DNA of 64,000 nucleotides from Candidatus Parcubacteria bacterium (GCA_039796775.1 JBDKJD010000002.1:12574-76573), one strand, 5' to 3'. Counted from the stretch's first letter, positions 31,172-41,741 are shown. Program-made: numbers and translations. Notes: a model not told the origin generated them from the sequence alone.

Positions 31172-31209
31172 ATTAGCCATTAGCCATTAGCCATTAGCCA
31201 TTAGCCATT
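31172..31209 (+). repeat. Tandem heptamer (ATTAGCC) x5 upstream of the recombinase gene
   Basis: attagcc repeated five times. Confidence 0.9.
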
Positions 31210-31224
31210 CTGAATACTGTAATC

Positions 31225-32181
31225 ATGCATTCCCTTACCTCTCTCAAACAAGATTTTCTTCAATATATTGAAATCGAAAAAGGACGCTCCGCGCTCACTG
31301 TTCGTAATTATGATCATTACCTCACACGGTTTTTGGATTTCGCTTCCTCAAAATATAATGTAGATTCCCCTGCCCTCATCACTGAAGCTATGATGCGAGA
31401 GTACCGTGTCTATCTTAATAGGCTCCCTGCACGAGAGATGAAGAAAGGTCAAGCTATTGAAACGCTTGATAAAAAAACACAAAATTATCATCTTATAGCT
31501 CTCCGTGCTTTTTTTAAATATATTCGTAAGCGAGGAGTGGATGGTTATGATCCAGAGAGAATAGAGCTTGCCAAAACTGCACAAAGAGAATTAGATCTCA
31601 TCTCAGAAAGAGAATTAGACTCACTTTTAAATGCTCCCGATTCTCAAACGGTAGCAGGTCTTCGTGATAAGGCGATACTTGAGCTGTTGTTCTCAACCGG
31701 GCTCCGTGTTTCTGAATTATGTTCTTTAGATAGAGATGTGGATCTTCGCAATGGTGAAATCTCGGTAAGAGGAAAAGGTGGCAAAATTCGCGTTGTCTTT
31801 ATCGCGAGCAATGCTTTAAAAGCAGTGAACACCTATCTCGCTTCGCGAGTAGATATAGACGAAGCAATGTTCATCGATCATTCCCCTCGTGCCATCTCTA
31901 GAATGGCTAAAGAAGAATCAATACGTTTAACTCCACGAAGTGTTGAGCGTATCTTGAATAAATATGCAGAGCGCGCAGGGATAGCCAAGAAGTGTACACC
32001 TCATGTACTGCGTCACTCGTTTGCGACTGATCTTTTGTATAACGGAGCAGATCTCCGCACTGTGCAGCTGATGTTAGGGCATGCCTCTATCGCCACCACT
32101 CAGATTTATACCAATGTTACTAATAAATTTCTTCGTGATCAGTATGAGAAATTTCATGGCAAAAGAAAAACTCGTGAGTAG
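31225..32181 (+). CDS. XerC/XerD-family tyrosine recombinase
   Basis: TGLRVSEL, GKGGK, HVLRHSFAT, LGHASIATTQIYT (R-K-H-R-H-Y). Confidence 0.92.
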   Translation: MHSLTSLKQDFLQYIEIEKGRSALTVRNYDHYLTRFLDFASSKYNVDSPALITEAMMREYRVYLNRLPAREMKKGQAIETLDKKTQNYHLIALRAFFKYIRKRGVDGYDPERIELAKTAQRELDLISERELDSLLNAPDSQTVAGLRDKAILELLFSTGLRVSELCSLDRDVDLRNGEISVRGKGGKIRVVFIASNALKAVNTYLASRVDIDEAMFIDHSPRAISRMAKEESIRLTPRSVERILNKYAERAGIAKKCTPHVLRHSFATDLLYNGADLRTVQLMLGHASIATTQIYTNVTNKFLRDQYEKFHGKRKTRE

Positions 32182-32372
32182 TCGGTAGTTTGTAGTTCGT
32201 AGTAAATACATGACACAGAATATAGAAGCGAGACAGTAAGGTTATCTCTTTGAATAGGTTAGCAAGAATGCGACACAGGCGCCAGATAAGTACTCTACTA
32301 TGTAATATGTGCGAATAACTTGCATGTATATAAAAGTTTCGTTAGTATCGCATCAATATTAAGGAGAATCAC

Positions 32373-32777
32373 ATGAATACTGTTTCGCTGCCGTACAGCA
32401 TCTCTGGTCATGCACCTTTTATTCACCTCAACCATCATCAAGGGGAAGACTACCCTGTCTGTATTAAATGTTCAAAACATCATGTGTACAGTCCTGTAGT
32501 TTGTGGGCAGAGAGTTCGAGAAGAATTCGCTAACGCGTCCCCGCTTGATAGTGGTGTTATTGATGATATTCTGAAATACCCACAACGATTCGAAGAGATA
32601 CACAAAGCTCTTGAGTCAGGAAAGTTCATCGCCTTTTTAGGCACCATGTACAAATATGTTGTGTCCGGGGATGTGAGATGCCTCTTTTTGTTTAAGGAAG
32701 AAGGAAGCTATCATGTGACCCCTGTATCTGTTGAACTCTTATGGTCAAATGAGGTAGTTATACCATGCAGAGCATAA
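32373..32777 (+). CDS. Hypothetical protein
   Basis: 134 aa; SD AAGGAG, own TTGCAT-17-TAGTAT promoter; CxxC motif. Confidence 0.6.
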   Translation: MNTVSLPYSISGHAPFIHLNHHQGEDYPVCIKCSKHHVYSPVVCGQRVREEFANASPLDSGVIDDILKYPQRFEEIHKALESGKFIAFLGTMYKYVVSGDVRCLFLFKEEGSYHVTPVSVELLWSNEVVIPCRA

Positions 32778-32915
32778 AGCGGGATCTATTTCAGGTTTCA
32801 AGAGCAATCACTATAGAGGGGTTGCTTTTTTTGTAGAGTATTGTATAATTTTATATAGCAATGACCACAGGGGTCAAAGCACATTCAACAAAAGCTCAAA
32901 AAAAGGAGAATTCCC

Positions 32916-33287
32916 ATGAGCAACAACAAAGGCCAACTTCTACAAGACCCATTTCTGAACCAGCTCCGCCGTGAGCATGTGCCGGTGTCCATCTACCTGG
33001 TCAACGGCATCAAGCTGCAAGGCCAGATTGAATCGTTCGACCAGTACGTGGTGCTCCTGCGCAACACGGTCACGCAAATGGTCTACAAGCATGCGATCTC
33101 GACTGTTGTACCTGCTACGAATGCGAAATTCAAAGCAGGTGCTGAAGGTGATCATGACACCGGTGGCGAAGATGTCATCCCTCCTGGAAGCTTCGATGAT
33201 CGCGACGCTTCAGCTGCTGCCGCGCCAGCCCAAGCCAACCCCAAGAAGGGCAACAAAGCCTCTTCGAGCAAGAATCAGAAACATTAA
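32916..33287 (+). CDS. hfq: RNA chaperone Hfq, betaproteobacterial type
   Basis: [61 protein letters not shown]. Confidence 0.97.
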   Translation: MSNNKGQLLQDPFLNQLRREHVPVSIYLVNGIKLQGQIESFDQYVVLLRNTVTQMVYKHAISTVVPATNAKFKAGAEGDHDTGGEDVIPPGSFDDRDASAAAAPAQANPKKGNKASSSKNQKH

Positions 33288-33302
33288 GTTTCTTGTTCTG
33301 CT

Positions 33303-33334
33303 AAAGCCGCACCTTGTGTGCGGCTTTTTCTTTT
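33303..33334 (+). terminator. hfq intrinsic terminator
   Basis: aaagccgcac-cttgt-gtgcggcttttt. Confidence 0.8.
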
Positions 33335-33363
33335 TGTTTACAGCGTGATATAGTAAAACTTCT

Positions 33364-34047
33364 ATGGAGTTCCACAATCTTCCACGTCACATAGCTATTA
33401 TTCCAGATGGGAATAGACGATGGGCCAAACAACAACACCTCCCAACACTCATCGGACATAGTGAAGGATACAAAAGAATAGAAGAGTTAGTCGAAGAATC
33501 ACAACGTTTAGGAATAGAATATGTTACTGTCTGGGCATTCTCAACTGAGAATTGGAAACGTACAAATATCGAACAAGAACAATTATTTTCTCTTATTATA
33601 AAAGGACTCACCGCTCTTCAAGGTGAACTTCTTAATACAAAAAGCCGATTTGTTCACTTGGGAAGAAAGGATAGATTAAGTGAAGAGATTCTCGCGTTGC
33701 TCTCTTCTCTTGAAGAGAACACAAAAGAATATACATCATTTACATTGTGTGTCGCTATTGATTATGGTGGTGAAGATGAAGTGCTTCGCGCAGCTGAAGC
33801 GTATAAAAATACCAAAGACCAAGATGCAACAATAGTAGATTTTCTGGATACTTCACAATATTCTATACCTTCCCCTGATCTTATTATTCGAACAAGTGGA
33901 GAAAAAAGAACATCTGGTTTCATGCCGCTACAAAGCGTTTATAGTGAATGGTATTTTAGCGATAAACATTTCCCTGATTTTGATGTGACAGAACTTCATC
34001 AAGCTTTGACAGAGTATGAATCAAGAGAGAGGAGACATGGGAAGTAG
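33364..34047 (+). CDS. uppS: Undecaprenyl diphosphate synthase
   Basis: HIAIIPDGNRRWA, WAFSTENWKR, PDLIIRTSGEKRTSGF. Confidence 0.95.
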   Translation: MEFHNLPRHIAIIPDGNRRWAKQQHLPTLIGHSEGYKRIEELVEESQRLGIEYVTVWAFSTENWKRTNIEQEQLFSLIIKGLTALQGELLNTKSRFVHLGRKDRLSEEILALLSSLEENTKEYTSFTLCVAIDYGGEDEVLRAAEAYKNTKDQDATIVDFLDTSQYSIPSPDLIIRTSGEKRTSGFMPLQSVYSEWYFSDKHFPDFDVTELHQALTEYESRERRHGK

Positions 34048-34145
34048 ATAGATTACTAGTATATAGTTACTTATTACTAGAAAATATAAATTCTTCACCA
34101 TGCCCCCCACTAGTAAGTAATAACTAGTAACTATATACTATCCCT

Positions 34146-34934
34146 ATGAAAATTATTTCTTGGAATGTTAATGGATTACGTGCTGTGTGGAACAAGGGTG
34201 CGCTACAGGATTTTGTTCTCAAAGAATCACCTGACGTGTTAGCTATTCAAGAAATAAAATGTGAAGAAGTGCAATTAAACGAAGATCAAAAAACACTCAC
34301 CTTCCCTGCATCTTCTGTGCGATACAAAGCAGTATTTGAAAGTGCTAAAAATCGAAAAGGCTATTCTGGTGTTGCTGTGTATGTAAAGGAAGGTATCCAT
34401 TTTGAACTCTTACATGCCACGCTTAATAAAAAAGATTTTTATGATGAAGAAGGGAGAACGATTGCTGTAGAATTCGATCAGTTCTATTTGGTTAACTGCT
34501 ATTTCCCAAATGGTGGGAAGAGTGAAGAGCATTATGAATATAAGCTAGCATATTATGAACACTTCTTATCTCTTGTGAAAAAAATAGAAAAAAAGAAACC
34601 AGTCATTTGGTGTGGAGATGTGAATGCAACAAATGAAGACTTGGATCTCGCGCGACCAAAAGAAAATAAAGACAAGCTCGGATGTACTGTACCTGAACGA
34701 ACAGCTCTCAAGACATTCACCGAAAACTTCATCGATACCTATCGATACAAAAACGGTGATAAAGTCCAGTACACTTGGTGGGATATGAAGACCAGGTCAA
34801 GAGAAAAGAATGTCGGCTGGAGAATTGACTATTTCTACACCTCACACGCGTTGAAGACACAGATAGTCGACGCACAGATACTCGATGATTATATGGGGAG
34901 TGACCATTGTCCGATTCTTCTTAGTATCAAATAG
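34146..34934 (+). CDS. xth: Exodeoxyribonuclease III
   Basis: ISWNVNGLRA, QEIK, GDVN, GWRIDYF, SDHCPI. Confidence 0.95.
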   Translation: MKIISWNVNGLRAVWNKGALQDFVLKESPDVLAIQEIKCEEVQLNEDQKTLTFPASSVRYKAVFESAKNRKGYSGVAVYVKEGIHFELLHATLNKKDFYDEEGRTIAVEFDQFYLVNCYFPNGGKSEEHYEYKLAYYEHFLSLVKKIEKKKPVIWCGDVNATNEDLDLARPKENKDKLGCTVPERTALKTFTENFIDTYRYKNGDKVQYTWWDMKTRSREKNVGWRIDYFYTSHALKTQIVDAQILDDYMGSDHCPILLSIK

Positions 34935-34983
34935 TCAGACATCTTTGTGAGTTAATGAGCGTGATAGCTAGTGTGGTGCTATA

Positions 34984-35022
34984 ACAATAATCACCATATC
35001 GATTCGATATGGTGATTATTGT
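34984..35022. repeat. Perfect palindrome between convergent genes
   Basis: acaataatcaccatatcg-att-cgatatggtgattattgt. Confidence 0.8.
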
Positions 35023-35031
35023 AATCTCTGA

Positions 35032-35625
35032 TTATTCTTTGCTAAATAATGATCTGATTGATTGGAGGAGAGAGGTCTTTGGTTGTTCTTGCTCTTTTTG
35101 TGACTCTTTCGTTTCTTGCCTCATTTCTTTTTTGGAGACATCTTTCTTGTCGTCTTTTTTGTCATTGTTATCTCCTGCTTCTAAGAGTTCTCGACATTCT
35201 TTTGTATTTGATTCAAATTCTGACCAGGCTTTCTTTCTCTCTTCGGTGAGTGTCGACTGAAGTTCTTTGATTTTTGTTTTGTAGGCTTCGACAGAAGTCT
35301 TCGTGAAATCACGACGATCCTTCTCATCTACTATAGTGAAAGACTTTTTCTCCATTTCTTTTCTCTGGAGTAATGCTTCATTCATTGCTTTGTTGTACTC
35401 TGCCCGCATCTGAGAAAGAGAAGTGTCTCTTAATTCGATAGCGTCTTGTGAGCATTCGGTGAAGTGACGAGCTTTTGAGGCCGTGCTTGTTGCGGACTTT
35501 GTCTCAACTTTGGAAGAGGAGGCGATCTCGGTGGTTGGAACTTGAGATGGAGTTTGTGCATGAGTAAAAGATAAGCATGCGAGTACTATCAGTGACGAGG
35601 TTACAAAATGAGATGATTGTTTCAT
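35032..35625 (-). CDS. Secreted coiled-coil protein, likely in the ECF operon
   Basis: Signal peptide, paired Cys, charged helices. Confidence 0.7.
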   Translation of the reverse strand: MKQSSHFVTSSLIVLACLSFTHAQTPSQVPTTEIASSSKVETKSATSTASKARHFTECSQDAIELRDTSLSQMRAEYNKAMNEALLQRKEMEKKSFTIVDEKDRRDFTKTSVEAYKTKIKELQSTLTEERKKAWSEFESNTKECRELLEAGDNNDKKDDKKDVSKKEMRQETKESQKEQEQPKTSLLQSIRSLFSKE

Positions 35626-35645
35626 AAATATAAAAACGATAGATA

Positions 35646-35987
35646 TTATTGTGAAGCTAAACGAGAAGCGTCTTCGATATCAAGCGCCTCTTCGAATGAG
35701 GCTACTTGAGCGTCTACTTCATAATAAGGGTTATTACTTATTGTATCAGATGGAGAAACATTTGTAGATAAAGAAGGGAGAAGTGCGATAACAATCATCG
35801 ACACAGTGATAAGTTGAGTAAAAGCCAGCCATCTATACGGGGAACGTATCGCACGTCCCTCTTTAAGGTTTTGTTGCTCTGGTATTTGAGAAAGTATTGC
35901 TTGAAGACTTGTTTCTGACGGCGATACGTTCTCCTTATACATGGACAAGGCTTTTTCTATGTCGTTGTAGGGGTTGTTGTTATTCAT
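35646..35987 (-). CDS. Putative anti-sigma factor
   Basis: Single TM; overlaps the ECF sigma stop. Confidence 0.6.
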   Translation of the reverse strand: MNNNNPYNDIEKALSMYKENVSPSETSLQAILSQIPEQQNLKEGRAIRSPYRWLAFTQLITVSMIVIALLPSLSTNVSPSDTISNNPYYEVDAQVASFEEALDIEDASRLASQ

Positions 35988-36567
35988 ACAAATGCTTGGT
36001 AAGGATACGCAATTTTTTGAGAGCCCTTTCTTTTATTTTGCGAAGATAACTTTCTTCTTTTTCCATGATGTCGCTTATTTCTTTGTAACTTAATTCACTT
36101 AAGAAATAAAGCCTTATCACCTCTTGTTCGTCTTTAGACAATCTGTCCAAATATTCCATAATAGATTGAGACAGTTCTTGTATATGTACTTCATCTAATA
36201 TGGAAACGGACTCATCTTCGTAGGTTTCAAGGAGTGTGTCATCAAATGACTCAAATGTCTTTTTTTCTCCATGATTAATGAGAAGTCTCTTGGATATTGT
36301 GAACAAATACGCAAGAGGCGACGTTTGAGGTTCGTAGGAAGATAATGCTTCGTAAAATTTGAGAAAGGTCTGCTGTGTTATATCAAGAGCTAAGTCTTTG
36401 TTCTTGCATCTTGAAATTGTATATCGATACAAAGGGGTGTAGAGTTCTTTGTAGATGATTCCGAAAGCTTCGGTGTCACCATTTTTAGCTTGTAAAATAA
36501 GCTTTTTTAAAGCAAGACTGCTCCCCTCACTAGATATAACCGGCGTGTTGTTATTTTGTGACAGCAT
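35980..36567 (-). CDS. ECF-type RNA polymerase sigma factor
   Basis: AKNGDTEAFGIIY, DITQQTFLKFY, LSYKEIS..., RALKKLR. Confidence 0.9.
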   Translation of the reverse strand: MLSQNNNTPVISSEGSSLALKKLILQAKNGDTEAFGIIYKELYTPLYRYTISRCKNKDLALDITQQTFLKFYEALSSYEPQTSPLAYLFTISKRLLINHGEKKTFESFDDTLLETYEDESVSILDEVHIQELSQSIMEYLDRLSKDEQEVIRLYFLSELSYKEISDIMEKEESYLRKIKERALKKLRILTKHLYE

Positions 36568-37681
36568 CTATGCCTTTCAGTGTACCAGAAGAGAGATAAT
36601 CAAGCATCGCCCCACCTCCTAGGGAGACGAATGTGAACTTTTGAAGCAAATTAAGAGAATGAGCTACAGTGACTGTATCTCCACCACCTATATACGAGCT
36701 CACTTGAGCGTTCCCGAGCTCGTTTAAAAGAGCTTCTGTTCCATGGAGCCAGCCTTTTTCATAAAGACCAAGCGGTCCGTTTACGATAACAGTATTAGAA
36801 AGATGCATAATAGAAGAGAGAAGTTTCACTGTCTCTTTGCCACAATCAACTACTACCCCATCTTTTGGAATTTTGGTGTGATGTACCACCTCCCCGGTTG
36901 AGAGTACTACATCTTCTGGAGTGAGGAGAAGTGGGTGATTATAAAATGATGGAGCGAGAGCATACTTAGGATCATATAAGCTATTCCCTATTTCTATTCC
37001 TCTTTCTTTCCAAATATTATGTACCATAGCTCCGCCCACGAATACTTTGACCCCCTTGTTTAAATATTCTTTGATCAAATCAAGCTTAGTTGATATCTTG
37101 GCTCCTCCTACAATAAAAAGTGCTGGGAGCTTAGGAGTGAGAGCTCTTTCCAAATGTTCTAATTCTCTTAAGCATGTTGGCCCAAGATATGAAAGCATAA
37201 GAGAAGCTACACCAACCACGCTCGCATGAGCTCTGTGGGATACAGAGAAAGCATCATTGATAAACACATCACCTAATCGTGCGAATGATGATGCGAGTGA
37301 AGAGAGGTTCTCAGTCTCACCATTAAATAGTCGAACATTTTCAAGGAGAAGTCCCTCGCCTTCTAAGAGTCCTCGTGAATGATTCTCTAATTCATCAAAA
37401 TTAAATGAAGGGTCAAACTTAAGAAACGAAAGTTCTTTGACTGCGTGGGCTGCGATTGGAGATAATGATTGACCTTCTTCTCCAAAATGAGTCATGACTA
37501 TTATTTTAGCCCCTGCATTGTGAAGATTTTTGAGAAACGGAACAGTAACATTGAATCTGCTCAAATCAGCAGGAGCTCCGTGATCAATCGGCATGTTCCA
37601 GTCGACACGAACAAGCACACGCTTGCCTTTTAAGGTTCTTGAATCAGGGATAGCATGATCTCTCCATGTGGTGTTCTGCAT
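36551..37681 (-). CDS. pgk: Phosphoglycerate kinase
   Basis: VLVRVDWNMP, LLENVRL, NDAFSVSHRAHAS, GGAKISTK, GGGDT, SLGGGA. Confidence 0.95.
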   Translation of the reverse strand: MQNTTWRDHAIPDSRTLKGKRVLVRVDWNMPIDHGAPADLSRFNVTVPFLKNLHNAGAKIIVMTHFGEEGQSLSPIAAHAVKELSFLKFDPSFNFDELENHSRGLLEGEGLLLENVRLFNGETENLSSLASSFARLGDVFINDAFSVSHRAHASVVGVASLMLSYLGPTCLRELEHLERALTPKLPALFIVGGAKISTKLDLIKEYLNKGVKVFVGGAMVHNIWKERGIEIGNSLYDPKYALAPSFYNHPLLLTPEDVVLSTGEVVHHTKIPKDGVVVDCGKETVKLLSSIMHLSNTVIVNGPLGLYEKGWLHGTEALLNELGNAQVSSYIGGGDTVTVAHSLNLLQKFTFVSLGGGAMLDYLSSGTLKGIDAVTK

Positions 37682-37802
37682 AGAATTAAAAGTTAAATAG
37701 TAATTGAAGATAGTATATAGTCGTTAGTGATTAGTGGCTAGTGAGTAGAATGCATAATATAGAGTGTAGAACATAGAATATAGAGCATGGTGTGTTGGGT
37801 GA

Positions 37803-37867
37803 GGACAATACCTGTGCCAAAAAGAGCGAAGGCTGCGCCTTCGCTCTTTTTGGCACAGGTATTGTCC
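37803..37867. repeat. Perfect 31-bp-arm palindrome; loop is C-GCA-G on the minus strand
   Basis: ggacaatacctgtgccaaaaagagcgaaggc-tgc-gccttcgctctttttggcacaggtattgtcc. Confidence 0.9.
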
Positions 37868-37913
37868 AATTAATAATAAAACGTATCATCAAATCTAACC
37901 CAAACACTTAAAA

Positions 37914-38684
37914 TTATTGATATACCGATTGAATAATATCAAAAAACGAATCAACGCTTTGAGATGTTCTACCGATTAAGAGACCATTCACTCCTCCCTC
38001 TTTCAAAAATGATACAGCATTGTCTTTGGTCACTGTTCCGCCGTAAAGTATATGAACCTTTTTGGCATACTCTATACCGACAAGGAATGCGAGGGCTCTT
38101 CGTATCGCAATCACCGCTTCAAAGCATTCATTCGCAGTTGCACTATGCTTCGCACCAATTGCCCATAGTGGTTCATATGCAATCGTGAGAGATGCGAGCG
38201 ATTCTCTAGGGATGAGAGAGAGAAGATCTCTCGTGTCATGTTCTAGATATTCTATATACTTCCCTTCCTTGTCTCTTTCTTGTTCGCCAAGACATAATAC
38301 AACAGTGAGTTTTTTATTAAGAGCGCTTTTGAGCTTCAACTGCCGTTCTTCTCCGGTCTCTCCTCTTTTCCTTACTTCGCTATGACCTATGATGACAAAG
38401 GTTGCTCCAGAGGAGAGCAATTGAGTTGGTGTGGTTAACCCTGTATGTTGTCCTATATCTTCTATGCCGACATTTTCACTTCCGATGTATCCATGCTTAG
38501 CAAGTGGTGAGAGGAAAGGGATGAATATATCAGGCACAGCTATGTAATAACTCTTCTTGGGTAATTTTGTTTTTGAGGCGGTGATTTTCTTTTCGAGTTT
38601 TTTAATGAAACTCACAGCTTCTTCTTTTGTTGCTGGTGTTGCCTTCCAGTTACCAACAACAAGAGGAGGATTTCTTTTGATCAT
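37914..38684 (-). CDS. tpiA: Triosephosphate isomerase
   Basis: VGNWK, IGHSE, IAYEPLWAIG, ILYGG. Confidence 0.95.
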   Translation of the reverse strand: MIKRNPPLVVGNWKATPATKEEAVSFIKKLEKKITASKTKLPKKSYYIAVPDIFIPFLSPLAKHGYIGSENVGIEDIGQHTGLTTPTQLLSSGATFVIIGHSEVRKRGETGEERQLKLKSALNKKLTVVLCLGEQERDKEGKYIEYLEHDTRDLLSLIPRESLASLTIAYEPLWAIGAKHSATANECFEAVIAIRRALAFLVGIEYAKKVHILYGGTVTKDNAVSFLKEGGVNGLLIGRTSQSVDSFFDIIQSVYQ

Positions 38685-38763
38685 AAAAAAAGTATATCAC
38701 GCACATATCCCGGTCCACATATAATGAGAAGAGAGAGGACGGTAAGATGCTACACTTGCTTAT

Positions 38764-40401
38764 ATGGAATCAACATCTTCTCTTCATAATAAACTCTCTT
38801 TTTTAAAAACAATTGTTATTAACGTAGAATCATTTCTCAAAGAGCATATAACAGTAACCGCTCTCTTATTTGTTATCACATGCGCAGCTGTGTTTTTTGG
38901 TTTAACTTCACAAAGAGACACAAAAGAAGATGTATTTGTTGTAGGGAGAGTTCCACTTACTCAATCTGTGATGCTTACCGGTTCTGTACAAACATCAAAA
39001 GAAGCTAAGCTATCATTTGAAACTCAAGGCAAAGTGTCATTTGTGAATGCTGTTGTTGGTAAGAGAGTAAAACAAGGCGAAGTGCTCGCTACTATTTCGG
39101 CAGGGAGTCTCCAAGCTTCGGTATTAGAGGCAGAAGCTATAGTACTTAATAGAAAAGCTACACTTGCGCAATTAGAACAAGGTTCAAGAAAAGAAGAATT
39201 AGCGCTCAAAGAGCAGTTGGTGGCGAGCGCTAAGAGTAATCTTGATCAAACCTACAGAACACTCACCGAAACGATAGTTACAACAGAAGGAACCGTTGCA
39301 GATGTGATAAAGAATAAATTAGGATCATTATTTGTTTGGAACGGGTCTCAATATTCACTATCTTTTGTTTCATGTGATCAGAAGTTACAAGGTTCTATAG
39401 AATTGAAACGCACAGCACTTGAGAATACCATGGCGTCATTCCAATCAAAATCAGGCACTTTAAGCACACTCTCCTCTTCGTCAAAGATAGATACAGTATT
39501 TGAAGAAATGATACAAGTAGTAAATGATACCAATGAAATCGTGAGCCTCCTCTCACTTCTCCTGCTCAATTCTTGTAGTGCCGCTAATCCAAGCCTTGAT
39601 AGTTATAGAGCAAGCCTGTCAGTTGTTAAGACATCTATGTCTACAGTGTTTGCAGATATTGCAGCTAAGAGAAGCACACTCAGTACGTCCAAAAATAATT
39701 ACACTCAAGCAAGTAGAGATCTGGAATTGTCATTAGCTGGTTCCAATCCATATTCAATAAAAGCCCAAGTCGCTCTCGTGTCTCAGGCAGAAGCTGCACT
39801 CTTACAAGTCAAGACAAGTCTCGCCAAGACGATATTGCGAGCTCCTTTTGACGGTGTAGTGAGTGAAGTTGATCTCGTCGAGGGAGAAAATGTATCCGTT
39901 AACACTGCAGCAATTTCTCTTATCGCAGAGAAAGGGTTTGAGATAGAAGCAAAGATTCCAGAAATTGATATAGCTAAAGTAAGTACAGGTCAAAAAGTTC
40001 TCGTAACTCTAGATGCATACGGAAGAGATGTCACCTTCGATGCTTTTGTATCTCGCATCAATCCAACTGCGACCATTGAAGGATCTGTCCCACTATATAA
40101 AACAATTATCACCTTTGCTTCAAACGATGAACGTATCAAGCAAGGTATGACTGCGAATGTTACCATCATCACAAAAGAAAAATCATCCGTGTATGCAGTA
40201 CCTGCGAGATATGTGTTCTTTGTGAGTGACAAAAAAGGAACAGTAGATGTGTTAAAGGAAGGTAAAAGAGTAACTCAAGATATCACTATTGGAATTCGTG
40301 GAGATAAGGGGATGCTTGAAATAGAAGAAGGTGTTGTTGAAGGTGACATTATTCTGCCTCAAGAAACCAAAGAAAGAAAAGCTCAGAAACAAAATAACTA
40401 A
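38764..40401 (+). CDS. Efflux periplasmic adaptor (HlyD/MacA-like)
   Basis: LSFETQGKV, LRAPFDGVV, IPEIDIAKV, GMTANV. Confidence 0.88.
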   Translation: MESTSSLHNKLSFLKTIVINVESFLKEHITVTALLFVITCAAVFFGLTSQRDTKEDVFVVGRVPLTQSVMLTGSVQTSKEAKLSFETQGKVSFVNAVVGKRVKQGEVLATISAGSLQASVLEAEAIVLNRKATLAQLEQGSRKEELALKEQLVASAKSNLDQTYRTLTETIVTTEGTVADVIKNKLGSLFVWNGSQYSLSFVSCDQKLQGSIELKRTALENTMASFQSKSGTLSTLSSSSKIDTVFEEMIQVVNDTNEIVSLLSLLLLNSCSAANPSLDSYRASLSVVKTSMSTVFADIAAKRSTLSTSKNNYTQASRDLELSLAGSNPYSIKAQVALVSQAEAALLQVKTSLAKTILRAPFDGVVSEVDLVEGENVSVNTAAISLIAEKGFEIEAKIPEIDIAKVSTGQKVLVTLDAYGRDVTFDAFVSRINPTATIEGSVPLYKTIITFASNDERIKQGMTANVTIITKEKSSVYAVPARYVFFVSDKKGTVDVLKEGKRVTQDITIGIRGDKGMLEIEEGVVEGDIILPQETKERKAQKQNN

Positions 40402-40415
40402 GCTTTATTTTTTAA

Positions 40416-41741
40416 ATGAAATCATTTATCACTACATTACGACTCGCACTCTTTCTCTCTGTTCGTCAGATCAAACGATCATCTCGTTATGCGACTGGAC
40501 TCATTGTGTTCATCATGATGCTCACCTTCCTTAACCTTGTCGCGACAAGCGGATTCTTGGTTGGAATTGTAGAGGGAGCATCTCGAGCATTCAAGGAGCA
40601 GTGGACAGGAGACTTGATGATTGTGAATCGTGATGAAAAGGATTATATAGAAAAAACACAAGATATTCTAGGCATGGTGAGCACCTTTAATGAAGTTGAG
40701 AGTTACTCCCCTCGTGTAGTAGCGGGAGCAAAAATAGAAGCCAATTGGTGGGAGAAGAGAAATGAGGAAGAGGCTAACAGTGTTTCTAATTCTATAGCGG
40801 GAGTGAATCCGACACAAGAAGAGAATACAACAAGTTTAAGTAATGCCGTTGTTGAAGGAGAGTGGTTAAAGGAAGGAGATGCAAGAGGGATAGTGATAGG
40901 ATCAGGCTATCTCGAAGAATATTCAAGAGTGAAAGATCTCATCTCTTTATTAAGAGAGGTTAGACCAGGAACTGTCGTGAGGGTGACTGTCACAGGGCGA
41001 CCACAAGAGACTGGAGACCCAGATCAACAATTACAAGAGTCTGTGGCACAAGCAGGCCCTGTTTCTGTAACACAAGATTTTATTGTACGAGGAATTATTA
41101 ATTCAAAAGTACAATTCGTGTCTTCTCGAGCGTATATACTGGATAGCGAATTAAAGAAAATGTTAGGGAAGACTGATACTGATGTATCAGAAATCGCTAT
41201 ACGCATGAAAGAAGGAGCTGATCCGTATATTGTTAAGACTCCGCTTATCAATAATGGTTTTAGTTCATACGCTAAGATCAATACAGTGGAAGAAGGGTCC
41301 CCTGAATTTTTGGTGAGCATCAAACTTTTCTTTAGCATTATTGGAACTATCTTGGGGTCTGTGTCTGTTGTTGTAGCGCTCATCACTATCTTCATTATTA
41401 TCTATATCAATGCATTAACCAGAAGAAGACAAATAGGAATATTAAAAGCAGTTGGAGTAACTGAGCAAGCGATAGAGATAAGTTATATATTTCAAGCGGT
41501 GTTTTATGTAGTGACAGGCTCTTTGGTGGCACTCCTTATTATTTTCGGTATTCTCAAACCTTATATCGATGCTAATCCAATAGATACACCGTTTGCGCTT
41601 ATCGTATTAGTTGCTGAACCACTAAATGTACTTACCAAGTTTATGCTTGTTGTGATTGTATCAATATTTGCTGGATATATTCCTGCTCGTATTATAGTGA
41701 ACACTAATACACTGAATGCCATCTTAGGAAGAAATAAATAA
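40416..41741 (+). CDS. ABC transporter permease (FtsX/MacB family)
   Basis: RRRQIGILKAVG, AGYIPAR. Confidence 0.9.
   Translation: MKSFITTLRLALFLSVRQIKRSSRYATGLIVFIMMLTFLNLVATSGFLVGIVEGASRAFKEQWTGDLMIVNRDEKDYIEKTQDILGMVSTFNEVESYSPRVVAGAKIEANWWEKRNEEEANSVSNSIAGVNPTQEENTTSLSNAVVEGEWLKEGDARGIVIGSGYLEEYSRVKDLISLLREVRPGTVVRVTVTGRPQETGDPDQQLQESVAQAGPVSVTQDFIVRGIINSKVQFVSSRAYILDSELKKMLGKTDTDVSEIAIRMKEGADPYIVKTPLINNGFSSYAKINTVEEGSPEFLVSIKLFFSIIGTILGSVSVVVALITIFIIIYINALTRRRQIGILKAVGVTEQAIEISYIFQAVFYVVTGSLVALLIIFGILKPYIDANPIDTPFALIVLVAEPLNVLTKFMLVVIVSIFAGYIPARIIVNTNTLNAILGRNK

Noticed and set aside
29400-33340. Prophage or integrative element around the tyrosine recombinase
   Set aside because: The protein looks like housekeeping XerC/D; no att repeats or phage genes seen
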